A stretch of DNA of 63,481 bases, counting the filler, from Perkinsus chesapeaki ATCC PRA-425 (Eukaryota > Protista > Perkinsozoa): assembly GCA_013115145.1 (NCBI GenBank). It is 13 parts of 13 records of this genome, joined end to end, with 100 filler letters (N's around TTAATTAATTAA, not from the genome) between each part and the next. Parts side by side here need not be neighbours in the genome. Positions count along the whole stretch, not along the records: positions 42,149 to 54,182 come from JAAPAO010000829.1; positions 54,283 to 55,342 come from JAAPAO010002238.1; positions 55,443 to 57,451 come from JAAPAO010001705.1; positions 57,552 to 58,651 come from JAAPAO010002204.1; 9 more parts are not named here. The stretch is one strand, 5' to 3'. Both the position numbers and the translations under genes were made by a program. The notes under the pieces were generated by a model. The model did no database searches. It had not been told where the DNA came from and saw only the letters and a program-made list of their open reading frames with translations. This document shows, in pieces, positions 46,990 through 58,751 of the stretch; positions within the stretch are counted from its first letter, which is position 1; each line of letters starts with the position of its first letter.

Positions 46990-49370
46990 AGTTGCGAATT
47001 AGTTATTCAAGATTAGGACTCCAAATTTCGAATCACTTTGGTCCATAAATATGCCTTATTTCAGCCCACCTGCCTTACAGTAGGAATCCCAAGCTCTCTC
47101 AATCTCTCCGCCATTTTAACTTCATCGTACATCTCCGGTGTTGTCTTCATAAGTAGCTGCACTACGGGTTGATGTAAGTAAATGGGAACAAACATGAGAT
47201 ACACTGGATTCCCTCGCCGGTCCTGCAGAGAACTTTTACTATGTTTTCGGCCTATGTCGCGGGGCTGAAACGAAAGGCGGTGAAATAAAGTGAAAGAGCT
47301 GCCTTACTTTATTTTGATTCAACATAATATTATAAAACATATCACACACGAGGTACTCTGCCGTCTCACGATAGAATACTTCGCTGCTGGCTGGGAAGTC
47401 CTTCTGGAATATTCTACCAGGCAACAGTCGCCATGGACGATCGGCCAGCTTACTCTAAACCTCGAAGGGTCTCAATTCTCAAGTGTTTAGAATGCCATAT
47501 CATATGATAGAAAAATCGTGGCCACTCCCGGGGGTGCTTGTAAAACGCTTGAGAAGTTCTGATAGAAAAAACGTAAAATCGCACAGACCGCTTGCACCAC
47601 CGCACACATTACGGATTGCGTCGAATAGCAGGAGTGATAAGGGACCATTTAAGTAATAATTTTTTTCCTCAGAAGTGCCTCGTAACTTTACAAGGTTTAA
47701 AATGTTAATCAACTGCGCCTCGATGTTCAAGATGCAACGGTGGCGTTAAGCTACGCCCGCTCTATCAAACGCCGAAAAATGAATCTTGCCGGGATCGAAC
47801 CTGTGCCCTTACCTTCCATTAGTAATTGCTGGAGGTCTACCCAGTCCAACCGTCGGTATGCCATGTATATCACACAGCTGCATGACAGGGAACAGAGAAA
47901 ACCATATCCGACCAGTAAGATCACCCGAGGCTTCGGGTTTCCCGCCTGATCAAGCAAACGAGCGGTATGAAAACCAACGCATCACAATTTGAACGAGACA
48001 TGAATCTATCCAATCCTCAATGTCTAGCTACCGTCACGCGCCTCGAAATTTATTCTTACTTTTCTTGATCGCCTCCACATCATAGGTTTTCCTCATCCCT
48101 ATGTATCCCTGCTTAGTCACACCGAAGAACGCCATCCGAACTGGATCACCTGCAAACAGCATCACCAAGCCATAAAGGCAAAACAAAGAAAATTAACGTC
48201 AACGACACTAGCGCGGTAAACGTCACTGAAGTCTCGGTCAAAACCAACCCTAAAGTTCCATCTCGCAGATATTCCAAATTATGACAGCAAAGGAGGGAGC
48301 TTACTAAGATTCCATCAGTAAAAGCGAGTAAACAAGCAGCACCATATAACAGTTCCGGTGACACTCGCAAGCTCCCATTGAAAAGTGTTAGGCGTACTCA
48401 AGCCAATGTTATTTATATATTATTCCTATACTTTGCAATTTATCGTATTCCTATAAGGGCGGCATTTATGTTAATAATTCCTATATCTTTTTGTACTGTA
48501 TTAACTATGCACCGTGTCACATAATATCAGCTCAGTAGTGTAAAGTACGTAACCATATTTCACTCTCCAGTTCAATTTTACTGCAAGCTCTGTAATGCTG
48601 ATTTCCCACCTTGCTCTCGCAGGCCATGGAACAGCTTAATCGTTTCCTCAGCAGCATCAATGCCCACAAACTTTTTCTCGTAGACTCCAACAACGGCAAT
48701 CGACACTCCGTCGTTGTCCACAGGGTCACTTTTGTTCTTAGCTGGGAATGGAGGCAGTCTAACCTGGCACGAGCATCTCAATCACATCTCTATCAATTGC
48801 CGAGATAGCGAAGCCTATTCTCTCACCACCACTTCGTCCGTCACCTGGCAGATCCGCACATCTGCCGCAAAAAATTTTCAGTCGCAGCGATGTCTCGGAA
48901 TTGCCTCCGGAAATTTTCATTCGAATCCCTGCGTGCATCAAATCATCCAAACCAATCCACAAGAGTACATCACATACAGTGTTGCAAAAGCGGTTCATCC
49001 GATATAACGACCTTCATTTTTTCGTCAGTTGAGCTTTTATATTAAATACTAATTATCTAGACTAACCATGAGACTGATTCATAAAACGAACAAACTGTTC
49101 ATCATCTTTACATATAGTGCATTGTCAACATCCAAGAGTATAATAATATTATGTACCCGTCGCTGCCTACAAATTGCGTGATGCTCCTCATACACGCCTT
49201 CATCATCGTTCCATTCGATCGGATAGTTGAACCATTGGGCCGATTCAACAGCAGAAGGGACATACAGGCATCCAGAATAGCAAAAGCAACAATACCGACA
49301 GGTTCTTATCGATGCGAATTTCCAGAAACCAAAAGATATGTCAAGACCAGCGCATTACACCACGAAATTT
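46990..49370 (-). CDS. Possible multi-exon membrane protein gene; boundaries approximate
   Basis: Protein-like segments: SAQWFNYPIEWNDDEGVYEEHHAIC, VSIAVVGVYEKKFVGIDAAEETIKLF, ELLYGAACLLAFTDGILVSSLLC...VSLTLIFFVLPLW, PIYLHQPVVQLLMKTTPEMYDEVKMAERLRELG. Splice path not resolved. Confidence 0.3.
47780..47856 (-). pseudogene. tRNA-like relic or SINE head
   Basis: Minus strand TGGACTGGGTAG...CACAGGTTCGATCCCGGCAAGATTCA then T5. Shares CAGGTTCGAT(T)CCCGGCAAG with 51716-51742. Overlaps a possible coding exon. Confidence 0.3.
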
Positions 49371-50608
49371 AACAGTAAATTATTATTATATATTATTATT
49401 GATATCGATTACTATTGATAATAATAAGGGATAATTCGATATGAGAATCTAGTCTTGTATTCACAAAGAACACAGTTGTAGTATAATAATAATCTATCAT
49501 AGTATTTATCAATAACTTATCCAGCAAACAATCCAACATTCCCTCTTCCTTTGTTGAGAAATCTTTAACCCAAAACCTTCACAGTGCGCACAAAAGGATA
49601 TCTCTCATATATGAGAGTAGCACCAGCAGCAGCAGCAGTACGGTGGGTCGTAATGACCACAAACATGCATGAAAAAAGATTCATATATTTAATGTACGGA
49701 TGACGACCGACAATACTACGTAACAAATGTAATGCTACAATTACAACTCTATTATACGGTTGAAGGTTTAGCGGAGCGAAGCAATTTTCATTCTTCATTT
49801 TTGTTAAGATATGCAATTTAGTCAGCCTCCGGTCTCGCTGCTCGTCGACTGACCTTCTTCCTGAAAACAAAAAACGGAACTGCTAAAAAGAAAAAGGCTG
49901 CGAAACGAAGAAAGGGAAAAATGAGGACAAGATTTGCGAAACACTCACTGACGGGAGGGAGGGACTAAATCTATACTCTGTGGAAGTGATATAATACAAT
50001 TCATTGAAAATAACCATCACAGAGAAAAGTGAAAGGAAAAGTGGGAATAGATAACACGCATAGGATCGTAAGAATTGAGAAAAGACGCGAAATAATATCG
50101 TAATATTTGAGGTGGGGACCGTCTCAATCAGAATCCACCTGATGGATTCGTCACCTGGGCCGATTCGAACTCTAACCGCTTCTGTGTGGCGAAAACTCCA
50201 AACGGTCTCCTAGGAGACATCAGTTGCACCTCGTTGTATCTGAAACTCATTTGACAGTCACGCGCCACGAAATGATCAATTCATGCGAATATCGCCAAGT
50301 ACAGCATAAATGCCATAAAAATGCCTACGGTGAGAATTGAACCCGCATCTTCTTCTTTTTGCCAGTAGTGGCACACTTACTGCCCGAACACGGCTCGCAG
50401 ATCGACGATCTAAGCAGAACACTCTTCATTGTTTGGCCCGGTATCTCCAGACGTCAAATTTGGAAATTCAGGATCGTAACCTTTGGGGTTGGTTGTTGCC
50501 CACCAAGCAACGAGTCGGACGATGCTGATGAAAAAACCTCTCTATTCACCGCTTGCGTCATGATATATAATATATAAGTATTATGATCTTCATCATTTAT
50601 AAATTATA

Positions 50609-50736
50609 ATGATCTTTATTATATCATCTTTATTATATCATCTTTATTATATGATCTTTATTATATGATCTTTGTTATATGATCTTTGTTATATGATCTT
50701 TGTTATATGATCTTTGTTATATGATCTTTGTTATAT
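50609..50736. repeat. 14-bp tandem repeat (about 9 copies)
   Basis: Unit TTATATGATCTTTG with variants TTATATCATCTTTA and TTATATGATCTTTA. Confidence 0.92.
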
Positions 50737-51715
50737 CTTTTTATTTTATTCTCTTCCTTACATTTTCTTCATCGTACTTCCTCTATTTTCTATTACCATC
50801 AAAAAAATGTCGTTTCCTATGCTCTAAGTTTTCTAGGAGCTCCTAACCGTCAGGAGCTAACGATGGCCCTTAAGACCTTCCATATTACTGGAAACGCAAT
50901 CAGAAATTGCAGACTGCAAGTTTTAGTGAGGGCTATGCAAAACCAGTTCTATGTGTTTTACAGAGGTACGCAAAAACGTGAGAGTTTGGACAACACACTA
51001 TTCTTTATCAAACACTGCTACGATCCCTGTCAATCCCAAGGATCAGCACGTACTCCTCGCTATCTATTCCCCCGTGGATAGCACACCACTGCATGCTGGA
51101 ATCTCCCCGATAGCAGTCGTCAGTGGATCACCGCCTACCTCGCTCCCTTCGCTTTAATGGTGGAACCACACTCCGAATTAACTTCCTTAGCCGGTGGACA
51201 GATACTAAAAGATAGGATAAACAATCCAGTAAATAGCGGATTCAGGCATGTCAAATTTCCGCATGGAGATGAAGTGCACCGAAATTATTCCGGCAGCAAT
51301 CTCCTTTATATACCAGTATTATATATGAGCTCGTAATTCTATAGGGTGATGCGAAAAAAGGGCCCATGCCTCATATTTTTTGGCGCGTGAGAATTACGAG
51401 TGAAATAAGGTACCAACTTGAAGCTCTTGGTGAGCTCCTTCTAATGCCTCATGAACCATTGTGATATTCGAACTAGGCTCTGAGTAATGGTTGAACGAAA
51501 AAATCGCTACATGAAGAAATTTCCGAATTTTTCCGAATTTTTCCAATATCGCCCCTCACCTTGTTCGTCGCTTCGCTTTACTCTCATCAATTCCCTCAAG
51601 TGATCCGCTCCTCCTCTTTTTCTGCTTGTATTCCCCCGCCGAGCCAGAAGACTCTCTACTGGGAGTCTCTCCGTAAGCAGAATCTCGTCTAACAGGAGAG
51701 AGCAATCCCAAAGCA

Positions 51716-51742
51716 CCCAGGTTCGATTCCCGGCAAGGGCAC
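51716..51742 (+). other. Isolated tRNA T-arm / B-box-like segment
   Basis: CCCAGGTTCGATTCCCGGCAAGGGCAC; no complementary 5' acceptor strand upstream. Confidence 0.25.
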
Positions 51743-54065
51743 CTCAATATCGGTTTAACGGTACCATCTTCATTCACTGCACTAGCCCTTCTGAATGGAC
51801 TCTTGAATTTTGACGCGACCAACGCCTCCTTCACGGAAATCAACCAGAAGTTGCCACCTGATAGAGTAATTATAAACATCGGAACCATCGAGCTCCTCTG
51901 CCACAGAAAAGCTATAAATCTACCACACCACTTGATGGTTCTCATTTCGGTCTATACGCTAGTGACCTCGGATTTGCCCTTGTTTAATTAGAGCTCTGTA
52001 TTGAAAACATCTAATGGAATTTTCCTGTTATTAAATTGTAAATATTAAATCGCAATGATACTTCCAGCCTTCCGCCCACCTCCGGTTGCCGTATAGCTTT
52101 TTAGGCCCACAGGAGCTCCACTTTCCAAATCCATCTGTTCATGCCAACTTCTCAAACGTGTAATAAGATCTTCACGGTCCCCCGAAACCTAAGACCCAAG
52201 AGCATCTTTTCGGATGTGAAATGCACGCTCCAACCTCCAAACTGAGCTTCCTGCATAAATCTCTAAGACTGTCCTCGGACCAATACCGTGAGTTGTCCAG
52301 CAGGCCAGGATTGAAAGAAAGCTGACAAGACAAAACTTTACGACCACTTACCGACTAGAGCTTATGCCAGACCAAGAGGGTTCAAGGTCAAGTTATCGAT
52401 ACCGATGACCATTAATGATGGTCAATTTTATTAGTTCTCTATCTCAGTGCTCATTACTCAATTTCATCATCGCGAAACACCCGAAAGCTCTACTGAGAAT
52501 TCTAATTACTTTTATAATACAATACTAACCTAGTGCAACCAAGGCGTAAATCAAAAAAATCATAACACTAAAACTGCAAGCATAATACGTTCGCACAAGA
52601 GTAATTCCGCCTTTCATGGTTCAGGTTCCAACTTCAAGGCCAAGTAGCTTGCCCACATCTCCTACATGTCGACTATATCGCTTCAACAACACAGAGTCCG
52701 GAGTGTCACATGTTCGCCGTGCCGCAGGAGCTGTATTCGGCGCGACCATCCTCACTGACGATTCCGACTTAGACACTGGTGTCCCTAAAATACTATTAGG
52801 GTAACAGTGCAGGATTCTCTATTTAGGATGAGCGACAGCTAGAGGTGTCAGAAAGCTTAGGCTTACGGTCCATCTCCATATCAGTGGTATCTCCTAATGG
52901 CATCTCATAACTTGCTCGACGTGTAGTGACCGGCATTATAATAAACGAGCAACTACCACTCTAAAATATCACTTTGCTCGGTTCGCATCAAATGCATCTC
53001 AAATACAATGACAGCTGTAGCCAGACTGTAGCAAGTGTTAAGCTGGTATGACTTTTTGCACTCCCCCATCTCAGTGCCAGAGTCCTCCCACCACATCCTT
53101 CACTCTCCCGAGCGATCGAGTTTATTGGCCGTTTTTATCTGGGCGATTTTATCTGATATCTGATACAAGCAACTTTCTTCCAGTACTGCTTCGCCTGTTG
53201 TTGGGACCACATTTTTCATACAATCGATGGAACGTCCTCCCCTACCTCCTAATTTTGTGGCGAGTTTCGAAATACTGAGAAAGCTTCATAGAAATACGAT
53301 GCGTAACGTAGCAGCAATCTCCTCTATAAATGAGTTCGTATGAAACAAACGCTTGTTTTTGCACTTGGCCACTCCGTACTGAAATTTGACCCTTTCAAGC
53401 CTTCTCTAATAAACCTACGCGGTCGCTGGTATACATTGGGCAGAAAATTCTGCCCGAAATTTCTGGAAATTTTTCATTACTAAGAGTGATTTACTGGCTT
53501 ACTTTACTGGTAAATACGTGGCCCATACATCGCCGAGCAAAAAAAATTTAATTCAAGAATTTTGCATCGCCGAGAGGCGGAAAAAGAGAGGATTATCAAT
53601 GCGCGAGAACTAAGCGATGAAATGAGAGACGCCACGAAAGCGCCTCTATCGATTTCGTAATATTTACCCCTGCAAGAAAATTTAGCAATAATGACTTAGC
53701 TTCCTAGGCAGATTTCATAAGGTCGGAAATAAGGAGGATTCTCATTCCAACACTGCACTGAAGCGACCATAAGAAACAGAGGCAATAACGTAGGGAGAAT
53801 TATACAACTAATCAACGTTTTAGGATTATCATCATCATCAATACTGAAGTGGCTGACTGCTGGCGGTCTGCATCCTACTGCCACTTCGACGGTGTAATGG
53901 CGGAGTTCGGCGTATTGGACTGGGATGAACTTCATCGAGGAGAGATTCGTCATCGGATGAGGAGGAGTATACTGAAAAAAGTATGCATGAGTAACGGGAA
54001 GTCGCTAACAATTACTACAAAGGCACATGAGAGGCACCGATTTAAGTCACACTGTTTAATTCGAG

Positions 54066-54182
54066 ATATTTCCTATCAAACTCCTTTCTATTATATCTCC
54101 TCCTCCGTCTCACTAGTAACATATTTCCTATCAAACTCCTTTCTATTTTATCTCCTCCTCCGTATCACTAGTAACATATTTC
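54066..54182. repeat. 55-bp minisatellite at contig end (same unit as 40778-40849)
   Basis: Two full units plus 7 nt, running into the spacer, same orientation as at 40778. Confidence 0.92.
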
Positions 54183-54282
54183 NNNNNNNNNNNNNNNNNN
54201 NNNNNNNNNNNNNNNNNNNNNNNNNNTTAATTAATTAANNNNNNNNNNNNNNNNNNNNNNNNNNNNNNNNNNNNNNNNNNNN

Positions 54283-55342
54283 TCCTTCACCAACATTAAG
54301 TCCACGAGATGCTGTCGAGTTGGTCCTCGAAGTGGTACGAAGTGGAGGTTTCTCTTCACAATTACAAAAAACCCGTTTGGTTAGTGGTAAACACGAGAAT
54401 GTATTTGAATCTATGATTATCAAGGATGGTGATGAATCTATTAAGATTGATAACTCTCATGAGGCTAAAGTACTTGGTTTAATCTATGATAAGAGATCTT
54501 CTTTGGTACGGTATCCGAAGGTATTTTCCCAACTTTTGCGAGCAAGTGAAGAAATGACAAGACGACAAGTTCTTTCAAGAATTTCCCAACTTCGGGATCC
54601 ATTGACAGTCCGTCCTGTGACAAGTTTTGTGGTTAACTTCATGAAGCAGAAGATTGGTGAGAGTACGCTTTCTTGGGATGCCCCTTTTACTAATGAAGAT
54701 CAACAAATTTGGCATCGTCGACTTCAAGTTTTGGAAGAAATTGATAGAATAGAACCAGCGGAGGCTACAGGAAACTTGAAGGAAGGCGGTTTACTTGTTA
54801 TTTGTTCGGATGCATCCACAACTGGTTATGCTTGGTTGGCTTTTTATGGTACATTGGAAACTCGTTTGGATTATCTTGGTGGTTATTATGGAGTATGGAA
54901 GTCAAAACATTATCTTAAACATATCAATTATCTGGAATTATTAGCAGCAGTAAAGGCCACTAGTTTTACTGATATGAATTATGTTGATACATTGAAACCA
55001 AAGGCAGTTTATCACCTGGTGGATTCACAGTCCTGTTATAGACAGTTATTATCTGGTCGTGTTCATGAACAAGCAGACAGTGCGGCCCTTTGTCAACGTC
55101 AACTCAATTATCATTCTGAGGTGGTAACGGGTGCTAATTGGCAACAATATATGGTGGTACATATTCCTTCAGGGCTCAATCCAGCCGACACTGGTTCCCG
55201 ATTGACTTCTTTGGTGGATTATTTCAATAAACTGACTGGTGCTGAGACAATGGAAAATTTGGTTGGTTACTTGGCACCTAAATATCTATCTACTGAGGTT
55301 TGTGTACGTATAAGAGAAGCCGTCGAGTCGACGACTCTCACT
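54283..55342 (+). mobile_element. Bel/Pao-like LTR retrotransposon pol fragment (RT end + RNase H); whole contig is one open frame
   Basis: EAKVLGLIYD; TRRQVLSRISQLRDPL; ICSDASTTGYAW; HINYLELLAAV; HLVDSQ; HIPSGLNPADTGSR. Confidence 0.85.
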
Positions 55343-55534
55343 NNNNNNNNNNNNNNNNNNNNNNNNNNNNNNNNNNNNNNNNNNNNTTAATTAATTAANN
55401 NNNNNNNNNNNNNNNNNNNNNNNNNNNNNNNNNNNNNNNNNNCACTTTCAACTCGTACACCGAAAGCTCGTACACTTTCACTTCGTACACACCCCCACTT
55501 TTAACCCGTACACCGTCATTTCGTACACTCTGCT

Positions 55535-55587
55535 AAAATTTTTAAGGCAAGTCGCGGAGCCGCTCCGCGACTTGCCTTAAAAATTTT
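55535..55587. repeat. Perfect palindrome: 26-bp arms with 1-nt loop
   Basis: AAAATTTTTAAGGCAAGTCGCGGAGC-C-GCTCCGCGACTTGCCTTAAAAATTTT, followed by a second hairpin CGCCGGC-TTC-GCCGGCG. Confidence 0.97.
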
Positions 55588-55662
55588 CGCGCCGGCTTCG
55601 CCGGCGAGTCGCATACCTTGAGGAGATTGCCTTCCCTCGCTTAACCGTGAAGGACGGCCTCG

Positions 55663-55736
55663 CGGTCATGCCAAGGATTGAACTCGCGACCTCACGATTC
55701 GCAGGCATCAAGTCTAACCCCTACGCCACATTGACC
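55663..55736 (-). pseudogene. tRNA pseudogene or tRNA-derived SINE head
   Basis: GGTCAATG-TGGCGTAGGGGTTAG...CTGCGAA...GAGGTC-GCGAGTTCAATCCTTGG-CATGACC-G. tRNA length, A/B boxes and acceptor GGTCA/TGACC are present; the anticodon stem is broken. Confidence 0.5.
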
Positions 55737-55788
55737 ACGAATAAAAATTTGTTCAACGACCGCCTTTCGACTCTCCGAAAGGGACATT

Positions 55789-56136
55789 ATGTGCTTCGCT
55801 CCGCCAAGTTTGCAGCGCACGAAACACGTTGCAGCGCACGTGTTCATATTGTTGGAATTACATAACCAAGCTCAAATTGATTTGCAACGAGCTAAGCTGG
55901 GTGACAAGCAGCGAGATGTAAGTTTCAAAAGGCGAGAGTGTGAGCGTGACTTAAACAGCTTATTCTCAAACTATTTTTCTTATGGCATCGGCCGGTTGTC
56001 GGTACCTCAATACCAGCGCTTTATGGCCCTCTGTGCTGCGCGCGTAGCTCGAGCTCGAGATGCCTATACCAAGCAGAAAGCCACCAAATCCAAGCGGGCC
56101 AGAACAACAGGTGCCCCTCTCAGTCTAGATGACTGA
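55789..56136 (+). CDS. Short helical basic ORF inside the foldback-like element (possibly a gene fragment)
   Basis: 115-aa ORF ending LCAARVARARDAYTKQKATKSKRARTTGAPLSLDD; no recognised domain. Confidence 0.3.
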   Translation: MCFAPPSLQRTKHVAAHVFILLELHNQAQIDLQRAKLGDKQRDVSFKRRECERDLNSLFSNYFSYGIGRLSVPQYQRFMALCAARVARARDAYTKQKATKSKRARTTGAPLSLDD

Positions 56137-56459
56137 GTTGACTCTAATACACAGCCTTTCATACTGAACCAACCACTCTTTTACTCTTCTGACTAATAGT
56201 TGTCGCCCCTATTTTAATCACTGAGGTATAATCGGCATCTTATGTGAGAATGAAAATGTGTTCCCCTCATTTTGATTATTTGCGTTGCCGAGTGTTTGCT
56301 GGGGTATAAGATAGTCGTCAACCAATACTAATCGGCTACAGGATAGCAGGTGCAAAAAATAGTAAATCACTCCTTGCCAAAAACCATATTTCAGGTTTAA
56401 AACCCAAATGCATTGTAACTTGCAATGCATTTGGTAGTAGTTACAAATTGTAAGGTTAC

Positions 56460-56529
56460 CTTAATTAGGGATCGAACCGGCAGCCTTTCGTAGAACATCA
56501 TGACATCCTAACGTCCACACCATGTCAGC
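56460..56529 (-). pseudogene. tRNA-like relic or SINE head
   Basis: Minus strand GCTGACATGGTGTGGACGTTAGGATG...GGCTGCCGGTTCGATCCCTAATT; B-box and tRNA-like spacing, but poor stems. Confidence 0.3.
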
Positions 56530-56578
56530 TTCTAACTTACGAAATAGTAATGAAAGATATAAGTTTCGCAGCAGCAAA

Positions 56579-56810
56579 GTGTACGAAACCTGAATGTGTA
56601 CGACTTGATAGTGTACGGGTATTCGGTGTACGGGTTTTTTGTGTACGGGTTTTATGTGTACGATTTTTTTGTGTACGGGTATTGGGTGTACGAGTTTTAT
56701 GTGTACGAATTGAAGGTGTACGAATTAACGATGTACGGATCCGAGGGGTGTACGAGTATTCAGTGTACGGGTGGTGAACGAAGTGAAAGTGTACGAGTTT
56801 TCGGTGTACG
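56579..56810. repeat. 15-bp-period tandem array with GTGTACG core (15 cores)
   Basis: Cores at 56579, 56596, 56611, 56626, 56641, 56656, 56671, 56686, 56701, 56716, 56731 (ATGTACG), 56748, 56763, 56789 and 56804. Confidence 0.95.
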
Positions 56811-57176
56811 AGACATGATACACCCGTGTATCGATAACGAAGGGGAGCGCCCCTATTATCGTGTCAGAAACGTATGGGCCAAGGCTAGTGTAGAATCTTG
56901 TTTCAAAGATTTCCCACACCTTCCCCAATGCACTTATGACGTCAGGTCATGGGAGCCTCCCATTGGGAGGGCTCTTCCTTCGTTAGAACGATACACGGGA
57001 GTTTACGCGTCGTGGACGCAGTTTTCTGCGTACCGAAACCACTCATCACTATGCACGGAAGATGAAGAGTGGCTGTATATATATACTTTTTCACCGTTAC
57101 TACTACAATTGTTGCGCTCATACTATCGTTTCGTACATGTCTCATTTCCCTTTGACGTAGTTCCAATTTCCGAACC

Positions 57177-57398
57177 ATGCCAGCCGTTCCTAAGAAGCCC
57201 TGCCAGTACTGTGGAAAATCAATTTCCATTAAGCGTATGGCAGCACATGTAAGACGCTGCGTTCACGCGCCACAGTTGCCCAAACCGGCAGCTAAGCTTC
57301 CACAATGTATTTGCCCCATTTGTGGGGTAACCACCAACAGGAAAAGGCTGACACGTCATCAGCGCTCATCAAGATTCATCAAGATATGCGGGTTATGA
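57177..57398 (+). CDS. Small protein with two zinc-finger-like motifs
   Basis: CQYCGKSISIKRMAAHVRRC (C2HC) and CPICGVTTNRKRLTRHQRS (the final ligand appears lost). Confidence 0.5.
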   Translation: MPAVPKKPCQYCGKSISIKRMAAHVRRCVHAPQLPKPAAKLPQCICPICGVTTNRKRLTRHQRSSRFIKICGL

Positions 57399-58535
57399 TG
57401 ACCCTTGGAAAGTTGTTGACCTTTCCTTTTGTAGACCGAGTGAATTGAATTNNNNNNNNNNNNNNNNNNNNNNNNNNNNNNNNNNNNNNNNNNNNTTAAT
57501 TAATTAANNNNNNNNNNNNNNNNNNNNNNNNNNNNNNNNNNNNNNNNNNNNTGGTCGTGGAAGCTATTGTAAAGTGCGCAGCTAAGCCTGGAGACAAAAC
57601 TCATTGTGTCGTAATTGTCCCCCGCTAAAAATCCACATCCTAATCCAAACACGACTGTTCGGCGTGGCTCATAAAATCCGTGTGCAATTTGCGAAGCCAA
57701 GTCTCATTCAGTGTGAGCGAATTAGCTGTTTGAGGAAGTCGTAGGAGTCGGGGTGATATAGTAACCCAGCCCATCATCCAAGGCAGCGTAAACTCTGACT
57801 TGTCCCTGTGGAGTTCGCTATCCAACAGAGATGTTCGCAACGCTCAAGCGACAGTTCGTGGCTAATAGCGAGTACCAAGCAGTATACTATACGGTTGGTG
57901 AAGAAATTACTCATGCTGTGAGAGCGAAGTCCAGTAGCCGGCTCGCAGTAGAGCGCGGATCAAATGGAATACCGTCGACATGAGGTACCAATGCATGTCT
58001 AGACCAAACGCACTGCATGATGTGGTGAGCAGTGCTCATTCAGCACCTATTTTAGACTTATGTTGGGTAAATAGTGTGTCCCCTGAACACAGTCCCTCGA
58101 GTTTGGCAGACGAGTTGCATTCAAGCTTGACCGTCGCTCTAAACAGAAGGCCTCTTTGGAAAACCTGCATTGTCCTTAATCGTAGTTTTTGGAAGTTGAT
58201 AACGCTAAGGTTCTTGGGGGACTCTGGCAGCTTCTGTGACCTCTTTCTCCCAGGTCCCCGGGTACGTGGTTACACAGCTTGCAGGTTATACTTCAGTCAC
58301 AAGTAGAGATGTTCGGAGGCGGTAAACTGAAGTTCAATGAGAAATCCTCGTTGGAAAGGCTTTCCCAAGTTGAGGATAACTTTGAGCGGTCCGGAATATG
58401 CAGCGAACTCTAGCCGGATTACTCAAAGTAAACGATCATTACGTTATTGATGATACGACTAAAACAAAACAAGACAGACCTTTGAATGAATTGGCACTCA
58501 GCCAAAATGTAGAGAAACGGAAGTAAGAAAACTTA

Positions 58536-58649
<114 letters not shown>

Positions 58650-58751
58650 ACNNNNNNNNNNNNNNNNNNNNNNNNNNNNNNNNNNNNNNNNNNNNTTAAT
58701 TAATTAANNNNNNNNNNNNNNNNNNNNNNNNNNNNNNNNNNNNNNNNNNNN

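Larger units (their letters stand above)
55443..56812. mobile_element. Putative foldback/MULE-like element bounded by inverted GTGTACG repeat arrays
   Basis: Five CGTACAC cores at 55454-55528 and 15 GTGTACG-type cores at 56579-56810. The reverse complement of 55452-55490 matches 56774-56812 at 37 of 39 nt. The left end is lost in the spacer and no transposase was seen. Confidence 0.55.

Noticed and set aside
56550-56810. GTGTACG array as a CRISPR array, or as a VRVFC/VYGF repeat protein
   Set aside because: The core is 7 bp with 8-bp related spacers, no cas genes are present and the context is eukaryotic. The repeat ORFs are by-products of a 15-bp period without stops.
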